Shown: in pieces, positions 50,432-58,862 of the stretch | Layout of the letters: each line of letters starts with the position of its first letter | How positions within the stretch are numbered: position 1 is the first letter of the stretch | Source of the DNA: Alphaproteobacteria bacterium | Lineage (GTDB): Bacteria > Pseudomonadota > Alphaproteobacteria > Rickettsiales > SXRF01 | Reading direction: 5' to 3' | NCBI GenBank assembly: GCA_033763575.1 | Contig: JANRKF010000006.1 | Span: forward strand, 16,166 to 80,165 | DNA length: 64,000 nt | The notes under the pieces: model-generated | What the model saw: only the letters and a program-made list of their open reading frames with translations | Database searches by the model: none | What the model was told of the DNA's origin: nothing | Made by a program: the position numbers and the translations under genes

Positions 50432-52585
50432 ATGCGAGGACCTATGGAACAGGATAATGATGCCGCAGCAGTAGAGGCTCAGCCTACGCTCTTTGTGCCG
50501 AAGTTTTACGGCATCGCGCTTCTGGTCGGCGCCATCGTGTTGCTGGGGCTGTGGCTGGTGACGCGTTATGTAGCGCTTGATGTGGCGCGTGACATGCGTA
50601 CCTGGCAGGAAAAACTGAACCTCATCGCCGAAAGCCGGGCGGCGGATGTCACGCGCTATGTCAGCGACCACTTCAAGGAATTGCATACGCTTTCGGATAA
50701 TCCGTCGCTGCAACTTTATCTCACCGAACTGCAGATGATGCCGGAGGCGACGCCGGGAAAACCCGCCGAGCCGCCCGCGCAGCTTGAATACCTGCGCAAC
50801 CTGCTGATTTTCACGGCCCAGCGCGGCGGCTATATGGCACCTGCGATGAGTGCTAATATTCCGGCCAATGTCGAGACCGATAATCAAAGCGGCCTCGCGG
50901 TGCTCAATAATAACAATGAAATGGTGGTGTCCACGGCGATTCCGCAATCGGTCAAAGACGAGATGACTGCGAATGTCGTGCAGGGCGCGGGGCTCGAAGA
51001 CCGCCTGATCGATTTGAAGAAAAGTGACGACGGCTCCTTATATATGGGCTTCGTCGTGCCGATCTTTTCCATTCAGGGCGAGCGCAACAAGGAATCGCAG
51101 GTCGGCACCATCGTCGCCATCCGTGCGGTGGATAAGGATTTCTTCAGCCTGCTCAAGCATCCCGGCGTGGTGGAGAATACGCTTGAAACGGTGCTGGTGC
51201 GGGCCGATGGCGGCAATATTGAATTCCTGACGCCGCTGCTCGATAAATCGCAGGCGCTCACCAAGACGATCGATAAAGACAGCCGCCGCTTTGTCGAAGC
51301 GCGGTTGCTGCAGACGGTGGGCAACTTCGTTTCTGACATGCGGGATTACGGCAAAAAGCAGGTGCTGGCCACCTCGCGCTCGATTGCCGGGACGCCGTGG
51401 ACGATGATCGTCAAGGTCGAAAAAGACGAGGCGCTGAAAAGCAGCTCGCAGAACCGCAATAATATGATCGCGTTTTTCTTCCTCATCATTGCCATCATTG
51501 CGCTGCTGATCGTGGCGATCTGGTGGCATGCCAGCTCGAAGCGCTCGCTGATGCTATCGACCCATTACCGTTATCTCGCCACCCAGGCGCAGGCGCAGGA
51601 ACGGCTGCTCAGGCTGGTATCGGATAACCAGCCGGAGGCGATTTTCATCCTCGATGCGGAGCATCGCTACCAGTTCGCCAACCGCCGGGAAGCCGAGCAT
51701 GCGGACATGCAGTTGGAATCGGTGGCGGGCAAGCATGTGCAGGACGTGCGCGGCACGGCCCGCGCCCGCCACATCATCCAGCAATGCGAAGAGGCGCTCG
51801 CAGGGCAGGAGATCACCTATCATACCTTCCAGCATGAAGAAGGCGGCGAACAACGCAGCTACCGCAGCGCGTACGTGCCGGTCGCGCATATTCCGCTGGT
51901 GCATCTGCCGGTGCCGTCGCCGGGCGTGCTGGTGGTCGAGCAGGACATCACCGAGGTGGTGGGCGAGCGCGAAAAACGCCTGCAGATCAGCAACGACCTG
52001 ATCGGCACGCTGGTGACGCTGGTCGACCGGCGCGATCCGTTCGCGGCCAACCACTCGCTGATGGTGTCGGGCCTTGCCCGGAATATCGCCGAGGGCATGG
52101 AGCTGGACGAGGCGATGGTGGATACGGCAACCACCGCCGCCAGCCTGATGAATATCGGAAAAATCGTGGTGTCGCCGCAACTGCTCACCAAGACCGGCAC
52201 GCTTACCGAAGAGGAGCGCCTCATCATCCGCGATTCGATGCTCGATGCGGCGGAGCTGGTGAAGCCGATCCATTTCGAAGGGCCGGTCTACGAAACGCTC
52301 TGCCAGTGGCAGGAGAAATGGGACGGCAGCGGCACGCTGGGCCTGAAAGGCGAGGCGATCCTGGTGTCGGCGCGCATCCTGGCGGTGGCCAATACCTTCG
52401 TCGGCATGATCAGCCCGCGCAGCTGGCGCAACGCACTCAGCCATGAAGACGCCATCAAATTCCTGATGGGCAATTGCGGCACGCTGTTCGACCGCCGGGC
52501 GGTGGTGGCGCTGGTGCATTTCATCGAGAACCAGCAGGGCAAGGCATGGCTTTCATCGATGACCGGTGGCCGTGACGCCGCCTAA
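50432..52585 (+). CDS. membrane sensor protein: 2 TM, Cache-like periplasmic domain, PAS, C-terminal degenerate HD-GYP domain
   Basis: 717 aa. The HD-GYP-homologous region reads ANHSLMV..SLMNIGKIVV..LTEEE..CQWQEKWDGSGTLGLKGEAI..ARILAVANTFVGMISPRSW. HD is replaced by MN, HHE by WQE, GYP by GTL, and the DxxD by NTFV. Confidence 0.7.
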   Translation: MRGPMEQDNDAAAVEAQPTLFVPKFYGIALLVGAIVLLGLWLVTRYVALDVARDMRTWQEKLNLIAESRAADVTRYVSDHFKELHTLSDNPSLQLYLTELQMMPEATPGKPAEPPAQLEYLRNLLIFTAQRGGYMAPAMSANIPANVETDNQSGLAVLNNNNEMVVSTAIPQSVKDEMTANVVQGAGLEDRLIDLKKSDDGSLYMGFVVPIFSIQGERNKESQVGTIVAIRAVDKDFFSLLKHPGVVENTLETVLVRADGGNIEFLTPLLDKSQALTKTIDKDSRRFVEARLLQTVGNFVSDMRDYGKKQVLATSRSIAGTPWTMIVKVEKDEALKSSSQNRNNMIAFFFLIIAIIALLIVAIWWHASSKRSLMLSTHYRYLATQAQAQERLLRLVSDNQPEAIFILDAEHRYQFANRREAEHADMQLESVAGKHVQDVRGTARARHIIQQCEEALAGQEITYHTFQHEEGGEQRSYRSAYVPVAHIPLVHLPVPSPGVLVVEQDITEVVGEREKRLQISNDLIGTLVTLVDRRDPFAANHSLMVSGLARNIAEGMELDEAMVDTATTAASLMNIGKIVVSPQLLTKTGTLTEEERLIIRDSMLDAAELVKPIHFEGPVYETLCQWQEKWDGSGTLGLKGEAILVSARILAVANTFVGMISPRSWRNALSHEDAIKFLMGNCGTLFDRRAVVALVHFIENQQGKAWLSSMTGGRDAA

Positions 52586-52612
52586 TCTCTATCTAACAAA
52601 GGTAATCCCACA

Positions 52613-53893
52613 ATGAGTAAAAAAATATCTGCGACCAAAAAATCCGGTATAAAAAAACAATCCACTGCCACCAAAGCCCTGATCGCCAAGGGCCGCAAAT
52701 ATTACACGCTCGCCTATAAACCGCGTGAGACCATCATCGCCAGGGGCAAGGGTGCCAGCGTCTGGGATTTGGACGGCAACCAGCATATCGATCTCGGCGC
52801 AGGCATCGCGGTCACCGCGCTCGGCCATCATAACGACGCGCTCAAAAAAGCCCTGATGAAACAGGCCGGAAAAATCTGGCACACCAGCAATATCTTTTTC
52901 ACCGAGCCGCCGATTTTATTGGCCGAAGCGTTGGTGAAATCCTCGAAATTTGCGCGTCGCGTATTCCTCACCAATTCCGGCGGCGAAGCCAACGAAGCGG
53001 CGATCAAGCTCGCCCGCAAATACGCCGCCGACAAAGGCAAGCCGCCCGAAAAACGTAATATCATCACCTTCACCGGCTCGTTCCATGGCCGCACGCTCGC
53101 CACCGTCACCGCCACCGCCCAGCCGAAATATCAGGCCGGTTTCGAGCCGCTGCCGGGAGGGTTTATTTATGTGCCGTTCAACGACATCGAGGCGCTCAAA
53201 AAAGTGATGGACGATTCGGTGTGCGCGGTGATGCTGGAAGTGGTGCAGGGCGAGGGCGGCATCACCCCTGTGAAACCCGGATTTTTAAAAGCGGTGCAGG
53301 ATCTTTGCCACAAGCATGACGCGCTTTTGATGCTCGACCAGGTGCAGTGCGGCATGATGCGTACCGGGCATTTATTCTCACACTTCGCGGAAAAAGGCGT
53401 AACCCCGGATGTGGTGACGCTCGCGAAAGCGCTCGGCGGCGGCATGCCGATCGGCGCCTGCCTCATCGGTGCGCGTGCGGAAAACACCTTCCAGTTCGGC
53501 TCGCACGGCTCCACCTTCGGCGGCAATCCGCTGGCCTGCGCGGTGGCAAGCGAAGTGCTGAAAATCCTGCAATCGAAGAAATTGCAAAGCAATGTCAAAG
53601 ACCGCAGCAAGGAAATTTTTGCGGGTCTCAATGCCATCAATAAGAAACTCACACTCTTCAAGGAAGTGCGTGGGCGCGGGTTGATGATTGGCGCAGAATT
53701 GCTGCCCGCTTATCATGGGAAGGCCGGGGATATCGCCGAACTTGCGCGCGCGCATGGCGTGCTGATTTTGCAGGCGGGGCCGAACGTGTTGCGCTTCCTG
53801 CCGCCACTCACCATCACCAAAAAAGAACTGGCCGAGGGAATGAAACGGCTGGAAAAAGCGCTCGCTGCGTTCCAGAAAACAGTGAAAGCATAA
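52613..53893 (+). CDS. astC: class III aminotransferase (acetylornithine/succinylornithine aminotransferase)
   Basis: 426 aa with G.G.ALGH, NSGGEANEAAIKLARKY, LDQVQCGMMRTG and TLAKALGGG (the PLP lysine context). It sits directly upstream of astA. Confidence 0.8.
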   Translation: MSKKISATKKSGIKKQSTATKALIAKGRKYYTLAYKPRETIIARGKGASVWDLDGNQHIDLGAGIAVTALGHHNDALKKALMKQAGKIWHTSNIFFTEPPILLAEALVKSSKFARRVFLTNSGGEANEAAIKLARKYAADKGKPPEKRNIITFTGSFHGRTLATVTATAQPKYQAGFEPLPGGFIYVPFNDIEALKKVMDDSVCAVMLEVVQGEGGITPVKPGFLKAVQDLCHKHDALLMLDQVQCGMMRTGHLFSHFAEKGVTPDVVTLAKALGGGMPIGACLIGARAENTFQFGSHGSTFGGNPLACAVASEVLKILQSKKLQSNVKDRSKEIFAGLNAINKKLTLFKEVRGRGLMIGAELLPAYHGKAGDIAELARAHGVLILQAGPNVLRFLPPLTITKKELAEGMKRLEKALAAFQKTVKA

Positions 53894-53894
53894 C

Positions 53895-54908
53895 ATGCTG
53901 ATCCTCCGCCCGGTGATGATGAACGACCATGCCGCGCTGCTGGCGCTTGCCAAAGAGGCGGGCATCGGCATGACGTCGCTGCCGGCGGATGCGGATGTGC
54001 TGGAAAGCAAGATCGGGCGGGCGGAGCTGAGCATGGCCGGCAGCGAGGAATGGAAAGGGCTGGAGGCCTTCCTGCTGGTGCTGGAAGACAGCGAAACCGG
54101 CAAGCCCGTGGGCACCACCGGCATCGTCGCGCATGTGGGGCTTCGCAATCCGTTTTATTCCTACAAGCTTTCGACCATCGTGCAGGCCTCGAAGGAGCTG
54201 GGGGTTTATTCCAGCCAGCAGGTGCTGCACATGGTAAATGATTATACCGGCGCGTCGGAAATCGGCTCGCTGTTCCTGACCAAAGACTACCGCCGCGACG
54301 GCATCGGCCGTTTCCTCTCCCGCGCCCGTTTCCTGATGATGGCGGAATTCCCGGAATATTTTTCCGACGTGGTGATTTCTGAAATTCGCGGCGTGCAGGA
54401 CGAGGCGGGCGAATCGCCCTTCTACAAAAACCTCGCGCAGCATTTTTTCCAGATGCCGTTCAAAAAAGCCGATTTTATCCACGCCACGCAGGGCGGCCAG
54501 TTCGTCACCGACCTGATGCCCCGCTACCCGATTTACGTGAACCTGCTGGATGCGCGGGCGCAGGCGGTGATCGCCCAGCCGCACCAGCTTTCCCTGCCCG
54601 CCAAGCAAATGCTGGAGGCCGAAGGATTTACCCACCAGGGGTATATCGACGTGTTCGACGCCGGGCCGACGTTGCAGGCGAACCGTGCCACCATCCGCAC
54701 CGTGCGCAAGAGCCGGAAGCTGCCGGTCGCGGAGATTAAAAATATCGACGGCGCCTCCACCCACATGGTCGGCAATACCCGCTTCGATCATTTCCGCATC
54801 GCCCCCGCCGCGATTGAAATCGGCAAGGATGGCGTGGCGGTGGATGCCGCACTCGCCGAGGCGTTGCGCCTCAGCATCGGCGACCCGGTGCGGGTGGCGG
54901 AGCTGTAG
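53895..54908 (+). CDS. astA: arginine N-succinyltransferase
   Basis: 337 aa. It appears collinear with E. coli AstA as I recall it (LRPV...D...L..LA...G.G.TSLP, SYKLSTIVQASKELGVY, SPFY..L...FF.M.F..ADF, MP..PIYV.LL, IDVFD.GPTL). Confidence 0.85.
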   Translation: MLILRPVMMNDHAALLALAKEAGIGMTSLPADADVLESKIGRAELSMAGSEEWKGLEAFLLVLEDSETGKPVGTTGIVAHVGLRNPFYSYKLSTIVQASKELGVYSSQQVLHMVNDYTGASEIGSLFLTKDYRRDGIGRFLSRARFLMMAEFPEYFSDVVISEIRGVQDEAGESPFYKNLAQHFFQMPFKKADFIHATQGGQFVTDLMPRYPIYVNLLDARAQAVIAQPHQLSLPAKQMLEAEGFTHQGYIDVFDAGPTLQANRATIRTVRKSRKLPVAEIKNIDGASTHMVGNTRFDHFRIAPAAIEIGKDGVAVDAALAEALRLSIGDPVRVAEL

Positions 54909-54909
54909 G

Positions 54910-55488
54910 ATGACCGAACCTTTCGCGCAATTTTCTGAATGGCTGGAAGCCGCCAAAGCCTGCAAGGAAATTTCCGAGCCGACGGCGATGGCGCTGGCAA
55001 CGGCGACGAAGGACGCTATACCCTCCGTGCGTATCGTGTTATTAAAAGGCATCGACGAGCGTGGCTTCGTTTTTTATACCAACATGGCCAGCCGCAAAAG
55101 CCGCGAACTCATCCAGAACCCAATGGCATCCGTATGTTTCCACTGGATGCCGCTTTCCCGTCAGGTACGGGTAGGGGGTATAGTAGAGCGGGTGAGCGAC
55201 GCCGAGGCCGACGCCTATTTTGCCAGCCGTCCGCGTGAGAGCCAGATTGGGGCGTGGGCGTCGCAGCAGTCGGAGCCGCTGGCGTCGCATGCCGCATTGG
55301 AACAGGCGGTCAAAGAGGTGGAAAAACGATTTGAGGGGAAAGAGGTGCTGCGCCCGCCGCATTGGTCGGGGTGGCGGTTGATACCGCAGGAGATGGAATT
55401 CTGGCAGCAGGGGAAATTCCGGTTGCATCACCGGGAGGTGTTTATCAGGACGAAGGACGGGTGGGATCAACAGCTGTTATATCCCTGA
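54910..55488 (+). CDS. pdxH: pyridoxamine 5'-phosphate oxidase
   Basis: Starts at the ATG at 54910. Contains EPTAMALATA...IPSVRIVLLKG.DERGFVFYTN..SRK, RQVRV.G, SRP..SQIGAWAS.QS and EFWQ....RLH.R. Confidence 0.9.
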   Translation: MTEPFAQFSEWLEAAKACKEISEPTAMALATATKDAIPSVRIVLLKGIDERGFVFYTNMASRKSRELIQNPMASVCFHWMPLSRQVRVGGIVERVSDAEADAYFASRPRESQIGAWASQQSEPLASHAALEQAVKEVEKRFEGKEVLRPPHWSGWRLIPQEMEFWQQGKFRLHHREVFIRTKDGWDQQLLYP

Positions 55489-55640
55489 TTTTTCTCACAC
55501 CATCTCCAGCCTATATTTATAGAATCCCATGCCCGGATGTGTCACGGAAGGGGGAAAATGCAAAAAAATGCATTTTTTTCGAATTATTTTATAAGCGCAT
55601 GATTTTAATCACTCTTAGGGCTGAATTCTCCGCCGTTTGC

Positions 55641-55727
55641 GACGTCATTGCGAGCGACAGCGAAGCAATCCATCTTGACAGCCTGCGAAAGATGGATTGC
55701 CGCGTCGCTTCGCTCCTCGCAATGACG
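55641..55727. repeat. nested palindromic element, GTCATTGCGAG type (copy A3), intergenic
   Basis: GACGTCATTGCGAGCGACAGCGAAGCAATCCATCTTGACAGCCTGCGAAAGATGGATTGCCGCGTCGCTTCGCTCCTCGCAATGACG. Confidence 0.85.
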
Positions 55728-55767
55728 AATACCCCGCTGCTTGCGGTGGGGGTGGTTTATAAAAGAA

Positions 55768-56193
55768 TTAGGCGACTTCCGCCCGGCAATTGGGTGTTTC
55801 ATGCAGCGTGACCTGCGTGCAGCGCAGCCCGCTTTTCCCGAATAAATCCGGGCAGACCACATTGAAAATATAGGCCGCCATATTCTCGGCAGTGGGGTTT
55901 TCGGGCAGGTAGAAAATCGCCTGCTGCGTGTGTTCGGCGATGGACCGGCCCAGCGGCGCATCTTTCCGGTAGAGGATCGTATTGTGATCCCAATGCTCGT
56001 CGATCCAGCCACCCAGCTTTTCCTTGATGACCGCGAAATCGACCACCCGCCCGAGCGCATCGAGCGTATCGGCGGTGAACGTGACTTCCAGCACATAGCG
56101 GTGGCCGTGCAGATGCTTGCACTGCCCCTCATGCTCCATCACGCGGTGGGCGGCATCGAATTCAAGGCGTCGGGTGCAGGTGATCATGGTCAT
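55768..56193 (-). CDS. queD: 6-carboxy-5,6,7,8-tetrahydropterin synthase
   Basis: F.AAHRV..HEGQCKHLHGHRY.LEVT and DH...L. The start is uncertain (56187, 56193 or 56211). Confidence 0.85.
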   Translation of the reverse strand: MTMITCTRRLEFDAAHRVMEHEGQCKHLHGHRYVLEVTFTADTLDALGRVVDFAVIKEKLGGWIDEHWDHNTILYRKDAPLGRSIAEHTQQAIFYLPENPTAENMAAYIFNVVCPDLFGKSGLRCTQVTLHETPNCRAEVA

Positions 56194-56300
56194 TGGTTTG
56201 TTTATATACATTAATTAGGTTGATTTTTATTCTATTTGCAGGCTACAAAAGGATAGCGTAGGCGTGGCCTGCGTTCAACAGAATATCGTGGGGAATATTT

Positions 56301-56642
56301 ATGACGGAAAACAAGGCGACATTTCAGATTACCGCTATCGCCGCTAACCATTTAAGGGTAACGCATAATAATGAAACACCCCATATTGAGGTCGCCATCG
56401 ATGGGATGGATGTTAGGGGATTTTCAAAAGTCATACCACACGTCATGACCGATCCGAAAAGAATCTGGAGTGCGCGGAACGATGGGAAATCTATCCGTTT
56501 AGACGTGCGATTCATGGACGCGGCTGACGTTAAACATTTTGTCGGTGCCGCTGCGAGGGAATTGGACGCTGAGGCGCAGACAATAGTTGCTGAATGCAGA
56601 ACGGCCTGTGACGAATTTACTCAGGGGCAGGTTGCTCGATAG
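56301..56642 (+). CDS. hypothetical protein
   Basis: 113-aa ORF that is AT-richer than the core. I recognise no family. Confidence 0.4.
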   Translation: MTENKATFQITAIAANHLRVTHNNETPHIEVAIDGMDVRGFSKVIPHVMTDPKRIWSARNDGKSIRLDVRFMDAADVKHFVGAAARELDAEAQTIVAECRTACDEFTQGQVAR

Positions 56643-56763
56643 ATCGGTCGCCGCCATCCGCCGCATTTACCTCCACACGGTTTTTTATGCTTGAGTTACG
56701 CTGTCCATCAGAGTAACACGGCCCCTGAACCTGCTCCAAACCGAATAATAAGAAGAGGCAGTC

Positions 56764-57867
56764 ATGGCCCGTCGCAGCTTTATACGGAAACGCTTAGTCC
56801 CGACATCGCACAAGCCGAACCCCGGCTCGGCTCCCGGTGTGCTGACCGTCAGCCCGCTTTCCTACCCGACCGAGCTGCTGATGATCGGCTACGGCCCCGA
56901 CGGCTATATGGAGCAGAGCTGCGTCAGCGTTGACGATATCGCCAAATTCATCACGGCGTGGCCGGTGGTGTGGGTGAATGTGATCGGGCTGGGCAACCTG
57001 CAGCTGATCGAGGATATCGGCAACCTGTTCGCGCTCGACCGCCTGTCGCTCGAAGACGTGCTCGATACCTCGCACCGGCCCAAGGTCGAATATTATGAGC
57101 ATTACATGTTCACCATCATCAAGGCGATGCAGCCGGGCGAGCAGTTCGAAAGCGAGCAGCTCTCCATCTTCCTGAAAAAAAATGTGGTGGTGGTGTTCGA
57201 GGAAAAACCCGGCAGCAGCTTCGGGCAGGTGCGCGACCGCATCCGCCGCGGCACCGGGAAAATCCGCCATTCCGGCACCGATTATTTATATTACGCGCTG
57301 CTCGACGAAGTCATCGATAAATATTTCCCGATCCTCGACAGGCTGAACCACCAGCTGGTGACGCTCGAAGACGAGATCATGACCAACGCGGTGGATTCGC
57401 AGCCGACCAACGTGATCCAGAGCATCCACCATACGAAAAGCGACCTGCTGCTGATGCACCGGAATATCTGGCCGGTCTCCGACATTATCAGCATGATTAT
57501 CCGCGAGGAAACGCCGCTGATTACCAAGGCGGTGCGCGGCTTCCTGCGTGACTGCTACGACCATGCGATGCAGGCGAACGAGCTGACGCAGTTCTACCGC
57601 GATACCGCCTCCGGCCTGCTCAACACCTTCCTCGCCTACGAGGGCCACAAGACCAACGACATCGTGAAAACCCTCACCATCATCTCCTCGATTTTCATTC
57701 CACTCACCTTCATCTCCGGCATCTACGGAATGAATTTCGATACCGCCCGCTCCAAATTCAACATGCCCGAACTGGAATGGGCCTACGGCTACCCCTTCGC
57801 CCTCTTCATGATGCTGATGGTGGCGCTTTTCATGCTGGTGCGGTTTAAACGAAAAGGCTGGGTTTAA
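56764..57867 (+). CDS. corA: magnesium/cobalt transporter CorA
   Basis: 367 aa with a C-terminal two-TM region and the YGMNF signature (SGIYGMNFD). Confidence 0.92.
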   Translation: MARRSFIRKRLVPTSHKPNPGSAPGVLTVSPLSYPTELLMIGYGPDGYMEQSCVSVDDIAKFITAWPVVWVNVIGLGNLQLIEDIGNLFALDRLSLEDVLDTSHRPKVEYYEHYMFTIIKAMQPGEQFESEQLSIFLKKNVVVVFEEKPGSSFGQVRDRIRRGTGKIRHSGTDYLYYALLDEVIDKYFPILDRLNHQLVTLEDEIMTNAVDSQPTNVIQSIHHTKSDLLLMHRNIWPVSDIISMIIREETPLITKAVRGFLRDCYDHAMQANELTQFYRDTASGLLNTFLAYEGHKTNDIVKTLTIISSIFIPLTFISGIYGMNFDTARSKFNMPELEWAYGYPFALFMMLMVALFMLVRFKRKGWV

Positions 57868-57874
57868 ATTCTAC

Positions 57875-57981
57875 TAGGCCTTGTTGCAAACATCGTTTTC
57901 CTCCGCTGCTGCTCGGTCACGTACTAAGCTGTACGCTCCCTCGCAGTTCTCGGAAGAACGATGTTTTCACTGGCGGCCTAG
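57875..57981. repeat. long inverted-repeat element (E type, copy 2) downstream of corA
   Basis: CTAGGCCTTGTTGCAAACATCGTTTTCC ... GGAAGAACGATGTTTTCACTGGCGGCCTAG. The core CACGTACTAAGCTGTACGCTCC is related to the dnaN-recF element. Confidence 0.7.
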
Positions 57982-58010
57982 CGAATTTATTGGGTGTATA
58001 TATTGTTCCC

Positions 58011-58194
58011 GTGCGAGTCTGCTGACTCGCACATGGAACGCGCTCAGGGCTGGCTCATGCTTCCTGCATTCGCATCACGTTATCGCCGCGTACGGCGGCG
58101 ATAACCTCGAATAAGGAAGTAGCGCTGCTAAAGCCGCAGCGCGATGTCATGAGAGCGCAGCAGGCGCGAACCAGCCCTGAGCGGTGCGCCATGG
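58011..58194. repeat. inverted pair of D-type repeats (D3 forward, D4 reverse) flanking two small hairpins
   Basis: 58011-58085 is GTGCGAGTCTGCTGACTCGCACATGGAACGCGCTCAGGGCTGGCTCATGCTTCCTGCATTCGCATCACGTTATCG. 58143-58194 is the reverse complement of a CCATGGCGC..GCTCAGGGCTGGTTCGCGCC.. copy. Between them lie the hairpins TATCGCCGC/GCGGCGATA and GCGCTGC/GCAGCGC. Confidence 0.7.
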
Positions 58195-58228
58195 AATTTT
58201 CAGTAGAAAATTCCGGGCGCGACTAAAA

Positions 58229-58768
58229 TCATTTCGCCGGGCAGGCCGCTGGCTCCTTGCCAAGCTTTCTGCCCTCTGCGCACTCGATGTCGCAGGCCTC
58301 GGCGCGGGTGGCGGCAATGCGCGAATAGGCGGCGCCATGGCGGGCGAAAGCGCATTCCGAAGAACGCTCAAGGAAGGCCTGCTCGCGGCGCTGTGCCGCA
58401 AGATCGTTGGCCTTGTCGGTGGCAGCGGCGGTTGCCTGCTGCGGTGTGGGCACTACGACCGCTGGCGGAGGCCCCGCATCCGACTCGCCCTTGCCTTCGG
58501 GAATCGTCCAGCCCTTATCATTCATGCACCGGCTGAACAGCGAAACAAGCCTGCTGGTACGCGCTTTTTCACTTCCGCTCGCCGTCATCGAGGTGTCGGT
58601 GTCGAGATGAAGCTGCGCGTATTTCCGGCAAAGATTCCGGTCTTCGATATAGTCGCTCTGCACGCCGGTTTGCTCGCTGCAAAATAAAAAGCAGCGGAAT
58701 TTATAGGCAGATACAAGCTGCATGCAGGCGATCAGTAAGACGATGTGGATGGCGGGGCGTAATCTCAT
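58229..58768 (-). CDS. hypothetical secreted Cys-rich protein
   Basis: 179 aa with an N-terminal hydrophobic signal-like segment and several Cys residues. I recognise no family. Confidence 0.45.
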   Translation of the reverse strand: MRLRPAIHIVLLIACMQLVSAYKFRCFLFCSEQTGVQSDYIEDRNLCRKYAQLHLDTDTSMTASGSEKARTSRLVSLFSRCMNDKGWTIPEGKGESDAGPPPAVVVPTPQQATAAATDKANDLAAQRREQAFLERSSECAFARHGAAYSRIAATRAEACDIECAEGRKLGKEPAACPAK

Positions 58769-58862
58769 ATATTCACTGACGACTATAGCATATTTTTACT
58801 GCGTTCAAAAGGCGATAACCTTTGCTCTTGATTGTTGTATAAAAAGAGGGTAATAACAATCT

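Noticed and set aside
56194-56300. preQ1 riboswitch upstream of queD.
   Set aside because: - The only candidate stem (GCAGGC...GCCTGC) encloses a 23-nt loop.
- The downstream A-rich tail does not match the compact preQ1-I/II consensus as I remember it.
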